DNA from: a virus | IMG/VR virus record: IMGVR_UViG_3300038317_000206 | Span: 1 to 21,247 of that record | Reading direction: 5' to 3' (one strand) | Length of the DNA: 21,247 nucleotides | Shown: piece by piece, positions 1 through 8,905 of the stretch | How the letters are laid out: every line of letters starts with the position of its first letter | Numbering within the stretch: the first letter of the stretch is position 1 | Translations under genes and position numbers: made by a program | The notes under the pieces: model-generated | The model's database searches: none | Seen by the model: only the letters and a program-made list of their open reading frames with translations | Told to the model about the DNA's origin: nothing

Positions 1-2
1 CT

Positions 3-44
3 CCCATGACTAAAGTCACGGGTATCCTGCTTCGTTTGTCATGA
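3..44 (+). CDS. Probable 3' end of an upstream gene (partial, ...PMTKVTGILLRLS*)
   Basis: Open frame from the window edge ending in TGA that overlaps the next ATG (ATGA at 41-44), as in other gene pairs here. Confidence 0.3.
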   Translation, partial: PMTKVTGILLRLS

Positions 45-451
45 TAGTTAAAAAACAGTGCCCCTACGTGAAACCCAAAATCCATTATATTGATGTTGAT
101 ACCGATTCAGTGTCAATGTTGTGCCCTGTTTGTGGCAGGCCTATAATAGTATCTCAATGCCTTCGAGTGCATAAAAGTAGATCCCGTCGTGCGCATGGGA
201 TTTCGCTGCATATCCCAAGGGGTTATGAGACGGGGACGATTAGGAATAAAATTATTGAATATGTTACCAAGCATCCTGGGAAAAATATAGGTGAGATTGC
301 TAGGGCGGTGGGATTCTCACCGGGGAAAACATGGTATCATATACATAAAATAAAGGGTGTCGTAGTTGAAAAAAGAAGGGGAAGTTGTTGTGTTGAGATA
401 AAAGAGGAGTGTGATATGTTGCATAATGATTCATTGGGGGTTGAAATATGA
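41..451 (+). CDS. Zn-ribbon (CPVCG) + winged-HTH DNA-binding protein
   Basis: CPVCG knuckle; IRNKIIEYVTKHPGKNIGEIARAVGFSPGKTWYHIHK is a typical archaeal wHTH pattern. Confidence 0.7.
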   Translation: MIVKKQCPYVKPKIHYIDVDTDSVSMLCPVCGRPIIVSQCLRVHKSRSRRAHGISLHIPRGYETGTIRNKIIEYVTKHPGKNIGEIARAVGFSPGKTWYHIHKIKGVVVEKRRGSCCVEIKEECDMLHNDSLGVEI

Positions 452-903
452 AAACCCTCCAGATAACAGTCGCTTTTGATAGAGCTGTAAGTCATTACTT
501 AAATAAATACATTGAAGTCCCCGATGACCTCGCTAAAGAACTGCACATCAAAAACGCGAATGTCGGTGTGTTATCTGAGAATGCAAGAGTGTTGAAAATT
601 AGCAGTAGAGGCTCAACCGTTGAACTTCCAAAAGATCTAATACGAGTAGTCCAACTTGATGATGTGTTTGGATGTTGGCCTTCTCTAGTCCCTAATTATC
701 TAGCTGTTTTGAGATGTGCTTCTGGTGAAAAAATTTATATGACCGAGATTGCCGATGTGTTAAGAATGTCTGCGGCTGGGGCGTACGGTGTGGTCAGTTC
801 ATTAGAAAAGAAGGGATTCGTAAATCGGGTGTTTGGTGGGAATCGTCGGTATGTTCAGTTGACAGACGAGGGGAAGAGAATTTTGTTGATGGTGGGGGGA
901 TGA
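448..903 (+). CDS. Regulator with C-terminal MarR-like winged HTH
   Basis: IYMTEIADVLRMSAAGAYGVVSSLEKKGFVNR...RRYVQLTDEG matches the MarR-type wHTH pattern; ATGA overlap with the upstream gene. Confidence 0.75.
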   Translation: MKTLQITVAFDRAVSHYLNKYIEVPDDLAKELHIKNANVGVLSENARVLKISSRGSTVELPKDLIRVVQLDDVFGCWPSLVPNYLAVLRCASGEKIYMTEIADVLRMSAAGAYGVVSSLEKKGFVNRVFGGNRRYVQLTDEGKRILLMVGG

Positions 904-1040
904 TTTCCAAGTAATAGTGTTTGAATTTTGGTTTAAATACTGGAAAAATAAATTGTATAGATTGATGCATGGTTCTAACTTAATATTGAGGAAAAAATAT
1001 TTTTAATTTTTTAGGTGGTTAGTCGATTGAAAAATAGTAA

Positions 1041-1265
1041 TTACTTCAACCTAAAATATTTAGTATTTCCATGTATTTTAGATTCTACTTTCCCATCAGC
1101 TTCAAGTTTAAGAAGTCTCTCTCGTGTTGGTCTGTCTTCTTCTCCAACTTCTTCTGCTATCTCTGCAGCTGGCAGCCAAGGATTAACTGATCGTATTTTG
1201 ATTGCCATAATAAATTCATTGTCAGTGTGTTGGGTTTTCCCTCGATTTCGTTGTTTTGATTTCAT
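1041..1265 (-). CDS. Small winged-HTH regulator
   Basis: AAEIAEEVGEEDRPTRERLLKLEADGKVESKIHGNTKYFRLK is a wHTH with wing; divergent from 1426..2019. Confidence 0.7.
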   Translation of the reverse strand: MKSKQRNRGKTQHTDNEFIMAIKIRSVNPWLPAAEIAEEVGEEDRPTRERLLKLEADGKVESKIHGNTKYFRLK

Positions 1266-1289
1266 AGTATCACAGATGGAAGATATGCA

Positions 1290-1350
1290 TCACATGTATA
1301 TATGCCTTATGTTACTTGTTACCTTTGACGCAATATTTATATATATGCCG
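1290..1350. promoter_or_regulatory. Divergent promoter region between the wHTH gene and the 197-aa gene
   Basis: TATATATGCC repeated at 1297-1306 and 1340-1349; TTTATATATA TATA-like box; GTTACTTGTTACC at 1311-1323. Confidence 0.45.
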
Positions 1351-1425
1351 TCTCATATAACCATATGTGAAAATAAAAACGAGACCGTTTTGCAGGATAA
1401 TAAATGTATAGAAGGAGTGTTCTGA

Positions 1426-2019
1426 TTGAATTGTTTAATAGAAGGACTTACTGTGGACGAACGAATACAGCAATTTACAACGTTATTGGAGTATCCAGAA
1501 GTTCAGGAAGTCCTGAATAAAATAATTGAGCAGTATATTCAAAACCTTGGGATTGTTGCGGCAGTCTCAAAAGCGCATACTCGCCTAGACTTAATAGAAG
1601 AGCATCTAGGATCAGATGACGAATATTGTATAGTTAGAGATCTTGAATATGGAGAGAGGGAGCCGCGTACTAAAGTTACTGAGCAAATAGCTACCCTTGC
1701 AGCTGCCATAAATAATAGTTGCCAGACTACTGAGGTTATGGTTGTTGCGGGGAATGTAACTGAAATACGAGCCCGATTAGTAAAAGAGCACCTCGTCATG
1801 AATATTAAAAAGTTTATGACCTCTCCTGAGATTGCATCTTTCCTGTTAAATGATGTTCCAGATGAATATAAACCTTGCAGCAATGGAGCTGCTAGTAAAG
1901 CAGCATTCGATGTAATAAAGAAAGCCCTTGAAATGTTTCCAGAGGAACTTCGGGAAGCAAAGGCAAAAAAGAGAGGAGCAAAGGTTTTGGAATATATAGA
2001 AAGGAAAGACTACATATGA
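1426..2019 (+). CDS. Hypothetical protein (helical N-terminus, possible C-terminal HTH/wHTH); candidate replication or regulatory protein
   Basis: 197-aa ORF with TTG start and GAAGGAG RBS; immediately followed by the repeat cluster at 2028-2328. Confidence 0.65.
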   Translation: MNCLIEGLTVDERIQQFTTLLEYPEVQEVLNKIIEQYIQNLGIVAAVSKAHTRLDLIEEHLGSDDEYCIVRDLEYGEREPRTKVTEQIATLAAAINNSCQTTEVMVVAGNVTEIRARLVKEHLVMNIKKFMTSPEIASFLLNDVPDEYKPCSNGAASKAAFDVIKKALEMFPEELREAKAKKRGAKVLEYIERKDYI

Positions 2020-2047
2020 TCGAAATAATTACCACGCGGTAATGAAC

Positions 2048-2077
2048 TTCATTACTGCATTACCACTCAGTAATGAA
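2048..2077 (+). repeat. 30-bp inverted repeat, left copy (TTCATTACTG-CATTACCACT-CAGTAATGAA)
   Basis: Exact reverse complement of 2299-2328; internally palindromic with 10-bp arms around an asymmetric core. Confidence 0.95.
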
Positions 2078-2298
2078 GTAAAGATTGAAAATCGAGATAA
2101 AATGAGAAAATGCAATGGATTTGAGCAAAATGTGACAATATAAAAAACTTCCTGAGAAAAGATTGATACGTTTGTCTAAATAAAACGTTCACATCTTGAA
2201 TTATTATAGATATAATAACACGAATAGATTATAATGTGTTACAATTTCATGTTTTAGATTGGTAAGAAATGTAGTTCCTGGTAATTGTTTTACTCCCA

Positions 2299-2328
2299 TT
2301 CATTACTGAGTGGTAATGCAGTAATGAA
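2299..2328 (-). repeat. 30-bp inverted repeat, right copy
   Basis: TTCATTACTGAGTGGTAATGCAGTAATGAA is the exact reverse complement of 2048-2077. Confidence 0.95.
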
Positions 2329-2368
2329 CATACGTAGTCAAATATTCCTTTAAAATTGAGGTAATAGA

Positions 2369-2605
2369 GTGATTGAATTCCTGATTACCCTCCCAAACAT
2401 CCTTGCTCAATTCGCCTGTATGGTGGATCAAGCATTTTATGCGAATCTTATTTACTGTATAGGGTATCCTCCGTTTATATGGAGGAACTATAAACGCGGT
2501 GATAGAGTGCAGTTATATTATTTCTCGTTTTTATGGGTGATGTCAATTTGTGGGGTTATACTTTATTTTACAGGGTGGAGTATTGAGGATTTGATTTTTA
2601 TTTAA
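2369..2605 (+). CDS. Small membrane protein (2-3 hydrophobic segments)
   Basis: GTG start with GAGGT RBS; hydrophobic stretches ANLIYCIGYPPFIW and LYYFSFLWVMSICGVILYF. Confidence 0.6.
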   Translation: MIEFLITLPNILAQFACMVDQAFYANLIYCIGYPPFIWRNYKRGDRVQLYYFSFLWVMSICGVILYFTGWSIEDLIFI

Positions 2606-2656
2606 ATAACACTGTAGCCTATCATATCTAGACAACCCTCGACAATACCAGACACG

Positions 2657-3130
2657 ATGAAAATGGCAGCAGTAAACCGAATCACCAAGTACAATCTTGA
2701 AAATAGGACCAGAGAACTTAATGAATCTGGCACATCATTACGCGACATTGCCGACATTCTGACAAATGAATCTCGACACAAAATAAGCAAGGATTCGGTA
2801 TTCACATTCTTAAAATCTGATGAAAGATATACAGCTGAAATAGTAGAATCAAAAACTCAACTTAAAGCAAAAGTCGCAGAAATTGAGATATCCACAATAG
2901 AACAACGCAAGCAGGTTATAGACGGGCTTCTAGGGCTCGCTCAGAGCGCAGAGAATGAGCATACTAGGGTATTAGCATTCAAAGAGGCAAATAATGCGCT
3001 TGACAGTCTTGATAAGAGGTTGGGGAAATTGACTGGGGACAGAGGAGTTACGATAAATAATATTAATGCTGTCAAGTTGGAAGAAATCTCAACTGAACAA
3101 CTTTTGAGGATGATAAATGCTACAACTTGA
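2657..3130 (+). CDS. terS: Terminase small subunit (putative)
   Basis: N-terminal HTH (SGTSLRDIADILTNE), coiled-coil middle, C-terminal ISTEQLLRMI tail; overlaps the start of TerL. Confidence 0.75.
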   Translation: MKMAAVNRITKYNLENRTRELNESGTSLRDIADILTNESRHKISKDSVFTFLKSDERYTAEIVESKTQLKAKVAEIEISTIEQRKQVIDGLLGLAQSAENEHTRVLAFKEANNALDSLDKRLGKLTGDRGVTINNINAVKLEEISTEQLLRMINATT

Positions 3131-4643
3131 AGAACAATTTTCAAAACGTGAAATTCTTCAAGAGTTGCTTAGACGAAAGAAGGCTACTGAATCTTTAATT
3201 GAATTTACAAAGTTTACCAAGCCCGATTATCAAGTTAACTGGCATCATAAGTTAATCTGTGATGAAATAGACTTACTTCTCAATCGTGAATATGAATTAC
3301 TAATTGTTTCAACTCCTCCAAGGTTCGGGAAAAGTGAAATAGTTTCTCGAAGGCTACCAGCTTATAAATTAGGGAAAGACCCCGATTCCAGTATTATAGC
3401 ATGTTCATATAGTGCAGACCTTTCCAGTCGAATGAATAGAGATACGCAGAGGATCATTGACGATCAGACATATTCCCTCATCTTCCCAGAAACCAGGCTA
3501 AACTCTTCTAATGTTAGGACAACAACACAAGGAACGTATCTCAGAAACAGCGACATTTTTGAAATCGTAGGACACAAGGGGGTTTATAGAAGTTGTGGAG
3601 TCGGAGGGGGAATTACCGGGATGGGATTTTCTGGAATAGGAATTATCGATGACCCGACGAAAAATAGGGAAGATGCTGAAAGCGTAACAATGCGCGACAA
3701 AACCTATGAATGGTATACAGATGTGTTTTTAACTAGACGAGAAAATAACGCACCAATTCTACTAACAGCTACAAGATGGAATGAAGACGACCTGATAGGA
3801 CGAATTATAGACAAGTCAGAGAATGAATTAGGCACTGATAAATGTAAGATAATTACTCTCCCGGCCCTATCTGAAGAAGAGATGCCTGAATATGACCATA
3901 GGAATGTTCCGGGTGAATCTCTCTGGATTAATAAATTTCCTGATACTGTTTTAAACAAGATTAAAGCTACAGTCCCTGTTTATACTTGGCTTTCTCTCTA
4001 TCAACAAAGACCTTCAGCAGCAGCCGGCAATCTAGTCAAAAAAGAACAGTTTAAATATTGTACTCTTTCAAATAATATTCTTAATCTCGGAGATAAAAAG
4101 TATCTATTAAACCAATGTAAAATATTCCAAACATGCGATCCAGCAGCGAGCACCAAGACCTCAGCAGACTATTTCGTCCTAGCAACCTGGGCACAGACCC
4201 CAACAAATGAATTAGCACTCATTGACCTGATAAGAACTCGGCTAGAAACTCCTGATCAAGTACCTCTTTTCAAACAGCAATATATCAGATGGCGTCCAGT
4301 TTTTCAAGCGGTAGAAAAGACGGGGTTAGGCATTTCACTCTATCAAACTTTATTAAGAGAAGGGCTTCCAGTTCAAAAAGTTGATGCAGATACAGATAAG
4401 GTAACTCGTTTTATTCCAGCCGCTACCCGGATAGCCGCAGGAGTCGTTTATTTCCTTGCTAACACTCCTTGGTTGAATGACTATGAAGCGGAGTTGTTAG
4501 GTTTTCCTAATGCGGCACATGACGACTGTGTGGACGTAACAAGTACGGCTTGTGCGATTATAATCAATCAGTCATTCCAACAACAGGCTTATGAAACATC
4601 ATTCGTAGGGACTTCATACAGTTCAGGGAGTATGAGAATTTAA
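3117..4643 (+). CDS. terL: Terminase large subunit
   Basis: Walker A PPRFGKS, Walker B IIDDP, ATRW coupling motif, nuclease motifs CDPA and HDDCVD. Confidence 0.95.
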   Translation: MLQLEEQFSKREILQELLRRKKATESLIEFTKFTKPDYQVNWHHKLICDEIDLLLNREYELLIVSTPPRFGKSEIVSRRLPAYKLGKDPDSSIIACSYSADLSSRMNRDTQRIIDDQTYSLIFPETRLNSSNVRTTTQGTYLRNSDIFEIVGHKGVYRSCGVGGGITGMGFSGIGIIDDPTKNREDAESVTMRDKTYEWYTDVFLTRRENNAPILLTATRWNEDDLIGRIIDKSENELGTDKCKIITLPALSEEEMPEYDHRNVPGESLWINKFPDTVLNKIKATVPVYTWLSLYQQRPSAAAGNLVKKEQFKYCTLSNNILNLGDKKYLLNQCKIFQTCDPAASTKTSADYFVLATWAQTPTNELALIDLIRTRLETPDQVPLFKQQYIRWRPVFQAVEKTGLGISLYQTLLREGLPVQKVDADTDKVTRFIPAATRIAAGVVYFLANTPWLNDYEAELLGFPNAAHDDCVDVTSTACAIIINQSFQQQAYETSFVGTSYSSGSMRI

Positions 4644-4651
4644 TTTTTTTT
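4644..4651 (+). terminator. Oligo-T (T8) archaeal-type terminator after terL
   Basis: Eight T residues directly after the terL stop codon. Confidence 0.45.
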
Positions 4652-4660
4652 CGTACAATT

Positions 4661-4707
4661 AAGCGATAATTATATATAGTTTGAGCGATATATAATATAC
4701 TGCAGTA
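4661..4707 (+). promoter_or_regulatory. Cassette promoter copy 1 (TATA box flanked by two AGCGATA)
   Basis: AAGCGATAATTATATATAGTTTGAGCGATA...TGCAGTA; 40/47 identical to 8085-8131; followed by GGAGATGA and an ATG. Confidence 0.75.
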
Positions 4708-4732
4708 AATTATGCTGCAGGAGATGAGTAAA

Positions 4733-4957
4733 ATGATTATACCACTCGATGAAAATTGCAATTGGAGTATCGATGTCTACACAGACCATGTTGAAATCAG
4801 CCGACATAACCGCTGCGTTTCAATGGAAGAATGTAGCTGGTCTAGCATGACCACTACAGAAAGAGAATCGGTCTGCAACCGGCTTATAAAGGATGCTATG
4901 AAAGAGTACGCGGATGTCCCAGACGTCAGTAAGAGGCCGATTTGTTTTGAGGTATAA
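4733..4957 (+). CDS. Hypothetical protein (first gene of the inserted cassette)
   Basis: ATG at 4733 preceded by a GGAGATG RBS; ORF track gives the frame 4712..4957. Confidence 0.6.
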   Translation: MIIPLDENCNWSIDVYTDHVEISRHNRCVSMEECSWSSMTTTERESVCNRLIKDAMKEYADVPDVSKRPICFEV

Positions 4958-4959
4958 CA

Positions 4960-5616
4960 ATGCCTCAAACTACTATTCGACCTGTTAAACCTGTCACGGA
5001 AACCGTGGCAGACATACTCATTTTGGGCAACTATGTAAAAATAACATTTTTTGAGAAAGATTCTGATTTCAAGGATCTAATAAAATCACATGGTTTCAGA
5101 TGGGGCGGCGAAGGATGGGAACGCAAATGTAATAAATTCACAGGTTCAACACTCGACAGGGCGACTGAAATCGCAATCAAACTATTAAAAGCAAATTATA
5201 TAGTTTGTATTGTGGATGATGTATTAAAAGACAGGATCCTGAAAAAAGAGTACGAACCCGAGCAAAAACGCTGGATCGCTCAGAGAGTAGAAGGTAAATT
5301 CAAAGACTGGTTTTCCATTTCATGGGAATATGGAAATGAAGAAATCTACAAGGCATCCAGGGTGGTTGCAGGAAGCAAATGGTCTAGTCCCAACGTTGTA
5401 ATACCTTCATACCAATACGAGGCGATTCTAGACCTTGTAGATAAGTTTGATTTCAAACTATCCGAAGGAGCAATTGAGCTCATAGCTGAAGCAAAGAAAA
5501 CCAGAGAAGAGGCTCTCGTTGTAGATATGAGCGAAGTAGAATTACCTACATCAGAACAAACAAAGGAAAAGGAAACAGAGGCTGGTATCCATGCAAGCCT
5601 TCGAGACGACTACTGA
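4960..5616 (+). CDS. Hypothetical protein upstream of the SNF2 helicase
   Basis: 218-aa ORF with GAGGT RBS, overlapping the helicase start; Trp-rich motifs (GFRWGGEGWERK, GSKWSSP). Confidence 0.75.
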   Translation: MPQTTIRPVKPVTETVADILILGNYVKITFFEKDSDFKDLIKSHGFRWGGEGWERKCNKFTGSTLDRATEIAIKLLKANYIVCIVDDVLKDRILKKEYEPEQKRWIAQRVEGKFKDWFSISWEYGNEEIYKASRVVAGSKWSSPNVVIPSYQYEAILDLVDKFDFKLSEGAIELIAEAKKTREEALVVDMSEVELPTSEQTKEKETEAGIHASLRDDY

Positions 5617-8062
5617 GTTAATGCCATGGCAGGAGGCAGCAGTCAATAAACTGAAACCTACTAGGGTAGGCGGGCTTTTCATGGAAATGGGATGTGGTAA
5701 AGCGTTGCCCCTTGATGCTAATGTACTTACCCCTAAAGGGTTTGTAAAAATGGGGGATGTTTCTACAGGGGATTATGTTATCGGATCAAATGGAACCCCA
5801 ACTAAAGTAGTTGGGGTATACCCACAGGGCATTAATGAAATATTTGAAATCACGTTTTCGGATGGATGCAAAGCTCAATGTACAGAGGATCATCTATGGA
5901 AAGTGATTACACCTCTTCAAAAATGGAAGGGGAAACCACCCAAAATAATGACATTAAAAGAGATACTCAAATCAGGTATTAAACATGCAAACGGCAATAG
6001 AAAATATAAGATCCCTATAGTCGAACCAATTGAGTTTGAATCTGGTTATATTCCCCCAATCGACCCATACTTATTAGGGGTGTTGTTAGGGGATGGCCAT
6101 TTACCTAAAATAGGGGGGCCGTGTATAACCAATCCAGACGTTGAAATAATACAAGAAATATCCAAGAGGCTCCCTAAATATACAAGCATTTCAAATAATG
6201 GTGGAATCGACTATTATATCAGAGACGAACGAACTGGAAAAAATGCATTACTATCATCCCTTAACGAATTAGGGTTATCGGGTAAAACATCAGATTTGAA
6301 ATTTATTCCCAAAAAATATTTATTTGCTTCAATAGAGGACCGCATTCTTTTATTACAAGGTTTAATGGACACGGACGGTAACCGCGATGAGACTGGCAGC
6401 GAATATGCCACCGTATCAAAACAACTTTCGGAGGATATGCAGTTCCTTGTGTATTCTCTAGGAGGACTCGTTAATGTAGCAATAAAACATCCAATATACA
6501 CATATAAAGGTGAAAAAAAACATGGGAAAACGGCATATAGGTTGCACATTAGATTCCCAAATTCAATTCAGCCGTTTAAACTCCCTAGAAAACAAGTTGA
6601 TAAAAGAACTAAATATCTCCCCACACGATCAATTGAGTCCGTAAAATCTATTGGGTATAAACAAGCTCAGTGTATTAAAGTCGCTGCACCAGATGGGCTT
6701 TTTGTGATGGATAATTTCATTGTAACCCATAACACATTAACTGCTATTGAATTAGTTAAAAAACGGTTACATAAAATAGATAAAGTCGTTTGGTTCTGTC
6801 CTGTTTCCCTCAAATCGACTATTTTTTTAGAAATTTTGAAACATACAGATTCAAAGGATATTTACGTTTTTGATGAAAAAACTACATCCACAACTATGCC
6901 TAATGTCAGGTGGTATATAATAGGCATAGAGTCAATGTCCTCTTCTAATAGGGTTGTATTTGCTGCAAAAGAGCTGATTACTGACAAAACTTTTGTAATC
7001 CTTGATGAATCAAGCTATATAAAAGGGCACAGGGCAAAACGAACCGAGAGAATTACTCTTATTGCCGAAAAAGCAAAGTACCGTTTTGTTTTGACCGGAA
7101 CTCCAATCTCTCAAGGCGTAGAAGACCTCTTTTCTCAAATGAAATTTTTATCTCCTCAGATTCTAGGTTACCGTTCGTGGTATACATTTGCAAATAACCA
7201 CCTTGAATATTCTGAAAAATATCCTGGTATGATTGTGAGAACTCATAATACTGAACAGTTGGCCGCAAAAATTGCCCCTTATGTGTATCAGGTCACAAAA
7301 GAAGAGTGTATGAATCTTCCAGGGAAACATTATAAAACGAAATATTTTAAGCTAACACGAGAACAGAGAGAAGCTTATGAGTGTGCGAAAAATGAGATCC
7401 TTCTGAATATTGATATGATGGATGATTTCAAACCGTACACGATATTCAGGTTATACGGAGTGTTACAACAGATTGCAAGCGGTTTTTGGAATAAAAGAAT
7501 ATGTGTGTATGGATACCTAAGTCCAGATGATTATTACAATTTAATTACTTTCCCAGATAACCGGCTAGATACACTTTCTAACATTATCCGTCAAACCCCT
7601 CAAAACGAAAAAATCATCATATGGGCCAAGTTCCGCTATGATATTGACAGAATCATCTCAGAACTCAAAGAAACATATGGCTCGGATTCCGTAGCTGTTT
7701 TCACAGGTGACACCCCACAGAAAGCAAGGCAAGCCGAAGTGGATAAGTTCCACGACACTACTAGATTTTTTGTGTCTACTCAATCATGCGGAGGGCATGG
7801 CCTAACACTCAATGAGGCCAAGCATGTCATTTTCTATTCTAATTCGTTCAAATATTCTGAGAGGCTGCAAGCTGAGGACAGATGCCACCGGCTCGGACAG
7901 GATCACGAGGTAACTTATTATGATATCATTGGGCCTGGAATTGACAAGAAAATATGGGAAGCTCTATCAAGAAAAGAAAATGTTGTAGATTCTTTCAGAA
8001 AAGAAGTTGATGCAGTGAAGGGGGAGAAGGCAAAGTTGAAAGATCTGATTAAATTGCTTTGA
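5591..8062 (+). CDS. SNF2/SF2-family helicase interrupted by an intein
   Basis: After splicing, motif I reads MEMGCGK/TLTAI; also ILDESS (motif II), LTGTP (III) and QAEDRCHRLGQ (VI). Spliced product is 479 aa. Confidence 0.92.
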   Translation: MQAFETTTELMPWQEAAVNKLKPTRVGGLFMEMGCGKALPLDANVLTPKGFVKMGDVSTGDYVIGSNGTPTKVVGVYPQGINEIFEITFSDGCKAQCTEDHLWKVITPLQKWKGKPPKIMTLKEILKSGIKHANGNRKYKIPIVEPIEFESGYIPPIDPYLLGVLLGDGHLPKIGGPCITNPDVEIIQEISKRLPKYTSISNNGGIDYYIRDERTGKNALLSSLNELGLSGKTSDLKFIPKKYLFASIEDRILLLQGLMDTDGNRDETGSEYATVSKQLSEDMQFLVYSLGGLVNVAIKHPIYTYKGEKKHGKTAYRLHIRFPNSIQPFKLPRKQVDKRTKYLPTRSIESVKSIGYKQAQCIKVAAPDGLFVMDNFIVTHNTLTAIELVKKRLHKIDKVVWFCPVSLKSTIFLEILKHTDSKDIYVFDEKTTSTTMPNVRWYIIGIESMSSSNRVVFAAKELITDKTFVILDESSYIKGHRAKRTERITLIAEKAKYRFVLTGTPISQGVEDLFSQMKFLSPQILGYRSWYTFANNHLEYSEKYPGMIVRTHNTEQLAAKIAPYVYQVTKEECMNLPGKHYKTKYFKLTREQREAYECAKNEILLNIDMMDDFKPYTIFRLYGVLQQIASGFWNKRICVYGYLSPDDYYNLITFPDNRLDTLSNIIRQTPQNEKIIIWAKFRYDIDRIISELKETYGSDSVAVFTGDTPQKARQAEVDKFHDTTRFFVSTQSCGGHGLTLNEAKHVIFYSNSFKYSERLQAEDRCHRLGQDHEVTYYDIIGPGIDKKIWEALSRKENVVDSFRKEVDAVKGEKAKLKDLIKLL
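5702..6733 (+). mobile_element. Class-3-type intein (344 aa) with LAGLIDADG homing endonuclease
   Basis: Begins ALPLDA (Ala1) and ends VTHN/T. WCT triplet present: TEDHLW, AQCIKV, VTHN. LAGLIDADG blocks: YLLGVLLGDG and LLQGLMDTDG. Confidence 0.9.
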
Positions 8063-8084
8063 AAATTTAAACTCGGTTTCGTTC

Positions 8085-8131
8085 AAGCGATAACTATATA
8101 TACTTTCAGCGATATAGTATGTATTGCAGTA
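8085..8131 (+). promoter_or_regulatory. Cassette promoter copy 2
   Basis: AAGCGATAACTATATATACTTTCAGCGATA...TGCAGTA; homologous to 4661-4707, followed by GGAGATGA and an ATG. Confidence 0.75.
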
Positions 8132-8142
8132 CGATATGATAA

Positions 8143-8580
8143 ATGGAGATGAAAACAATGGCACAAATCTTTCTGAACAAAGAAAAGACAAAATACACAA
8201 CTGACGCGCTGAAAGGCAAGATGGAATGTGAAATTATCATCAATGAAAGTGTAGATGATGGGAAAGCAATTGTCTACAAAATTACGGATCTTAGGATCAA
8301 TTCGGTTAGTTATACAGTTAAACATATAACCGATAAAAAGATCGAAACTAAAACTAAATACTATACCGAGTCCGCAGCCAGATCAGCCGTAGACGCACTA
8401 AAAACTGAGGATATATTAGTGTCAATCGATGATTGTATTGACGGAACAATATATCTTAATAGAGTATGCGGGGAATATACACTAAGCGTTATCGGTTTCA
8501 ATGATGAAATCGTTTTCAGAAGGGCATATAAGACACTCAACGGCGCACAGAAGAGGATGAAAGAATTTCAGTATCAGTAA
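8143..8580 (+). CDS. Hypothetical protein (true start may be 8158)
   Basis: 145-aa ORF downstream of promoter copy 2; GGAGATG RBS precedes the ATG at 8158. Confidence 0.65.
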   Translation: MEMKTMAQIFLNKEKTKYTTDALKGKMECEIIINESVDDGKAIVYKITDLRINSVSYTVKHITDKKIETKTKYYTESAARSAVDALKTEDILVSIDDCIDGTIYLNRVCGEYTLSVIGFNDEIVFRRAYKTLNGAQKRMKEFQYQ

Positions 8581-8602
8581 TATAATACAACGTGGTGATT
8601 TC

Positions 8603-8905
8603 ATGAATGAAATTTCCGAGGTTATCAATAATTGGAATCCAGAAACGGATTCAGTAACGGTTTTGAAAGATGCACTTGGTCAAGGTAATCAAGATTGGGT
8701 ATTCAGCGATCTAAAACTCTTATCATCTTTTTGGGCAGACAAATACGCTGAATTCTCATATAGTGCCGTATCAGAGTTTTTCTGTGTAATTGCCGTAGAC
8801 TCAAATGGTTATTGCATTTTCGGTGATTGTGACGAAGTGAGGCATGTTTCGGAGTTAGAGTTAGAACTTAAGGAATCTGAACAGGCGGAGAAACATGAAA
8901 ACTGA
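8603..8905 (+). CDS. Hypothetical acidic protein
   Basis: 100-aa ORF with GTGGTGA RBS, part of an overlapping operon. Confidence 0.65.
   Translation: MNEISEVINNWNPETDSVTVLKDALGQGNQDWVFSDLKLLSSFWADKYAEFSYSAVSEFFCVIAVDSNGYCIFGDCDEVRHVSELELELKESEQAEKHEN

Noticed and set aside
1015-1425. Plus-strand 136-aa ORF
   Set aside because: Antisense to the credible wHTH gene and spans the promoter region; Ser-rich shadow composition.
1539-1883. Antisense or alternate-frame ORFs overlapping confident genes (also 2602-2805, 2941-3144, 3704-3958, 6214-6549, 7059-7268, 12640-12846, 13226-13471, 13475-13693, 16823-17068, 17072-17383, 17923-18174, 20654-21136 and similar)
   Set aside because: They overlap well-supported genes on the other strand or frame and have no motifs or RBS; treated as shadows.
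2028-2328. CRISPR array or MITE interpretation of the repeats
   Set aside because: Only two full copies, in inverted orientation, with no spacer series; no target-site duplication flanks the outer ends.
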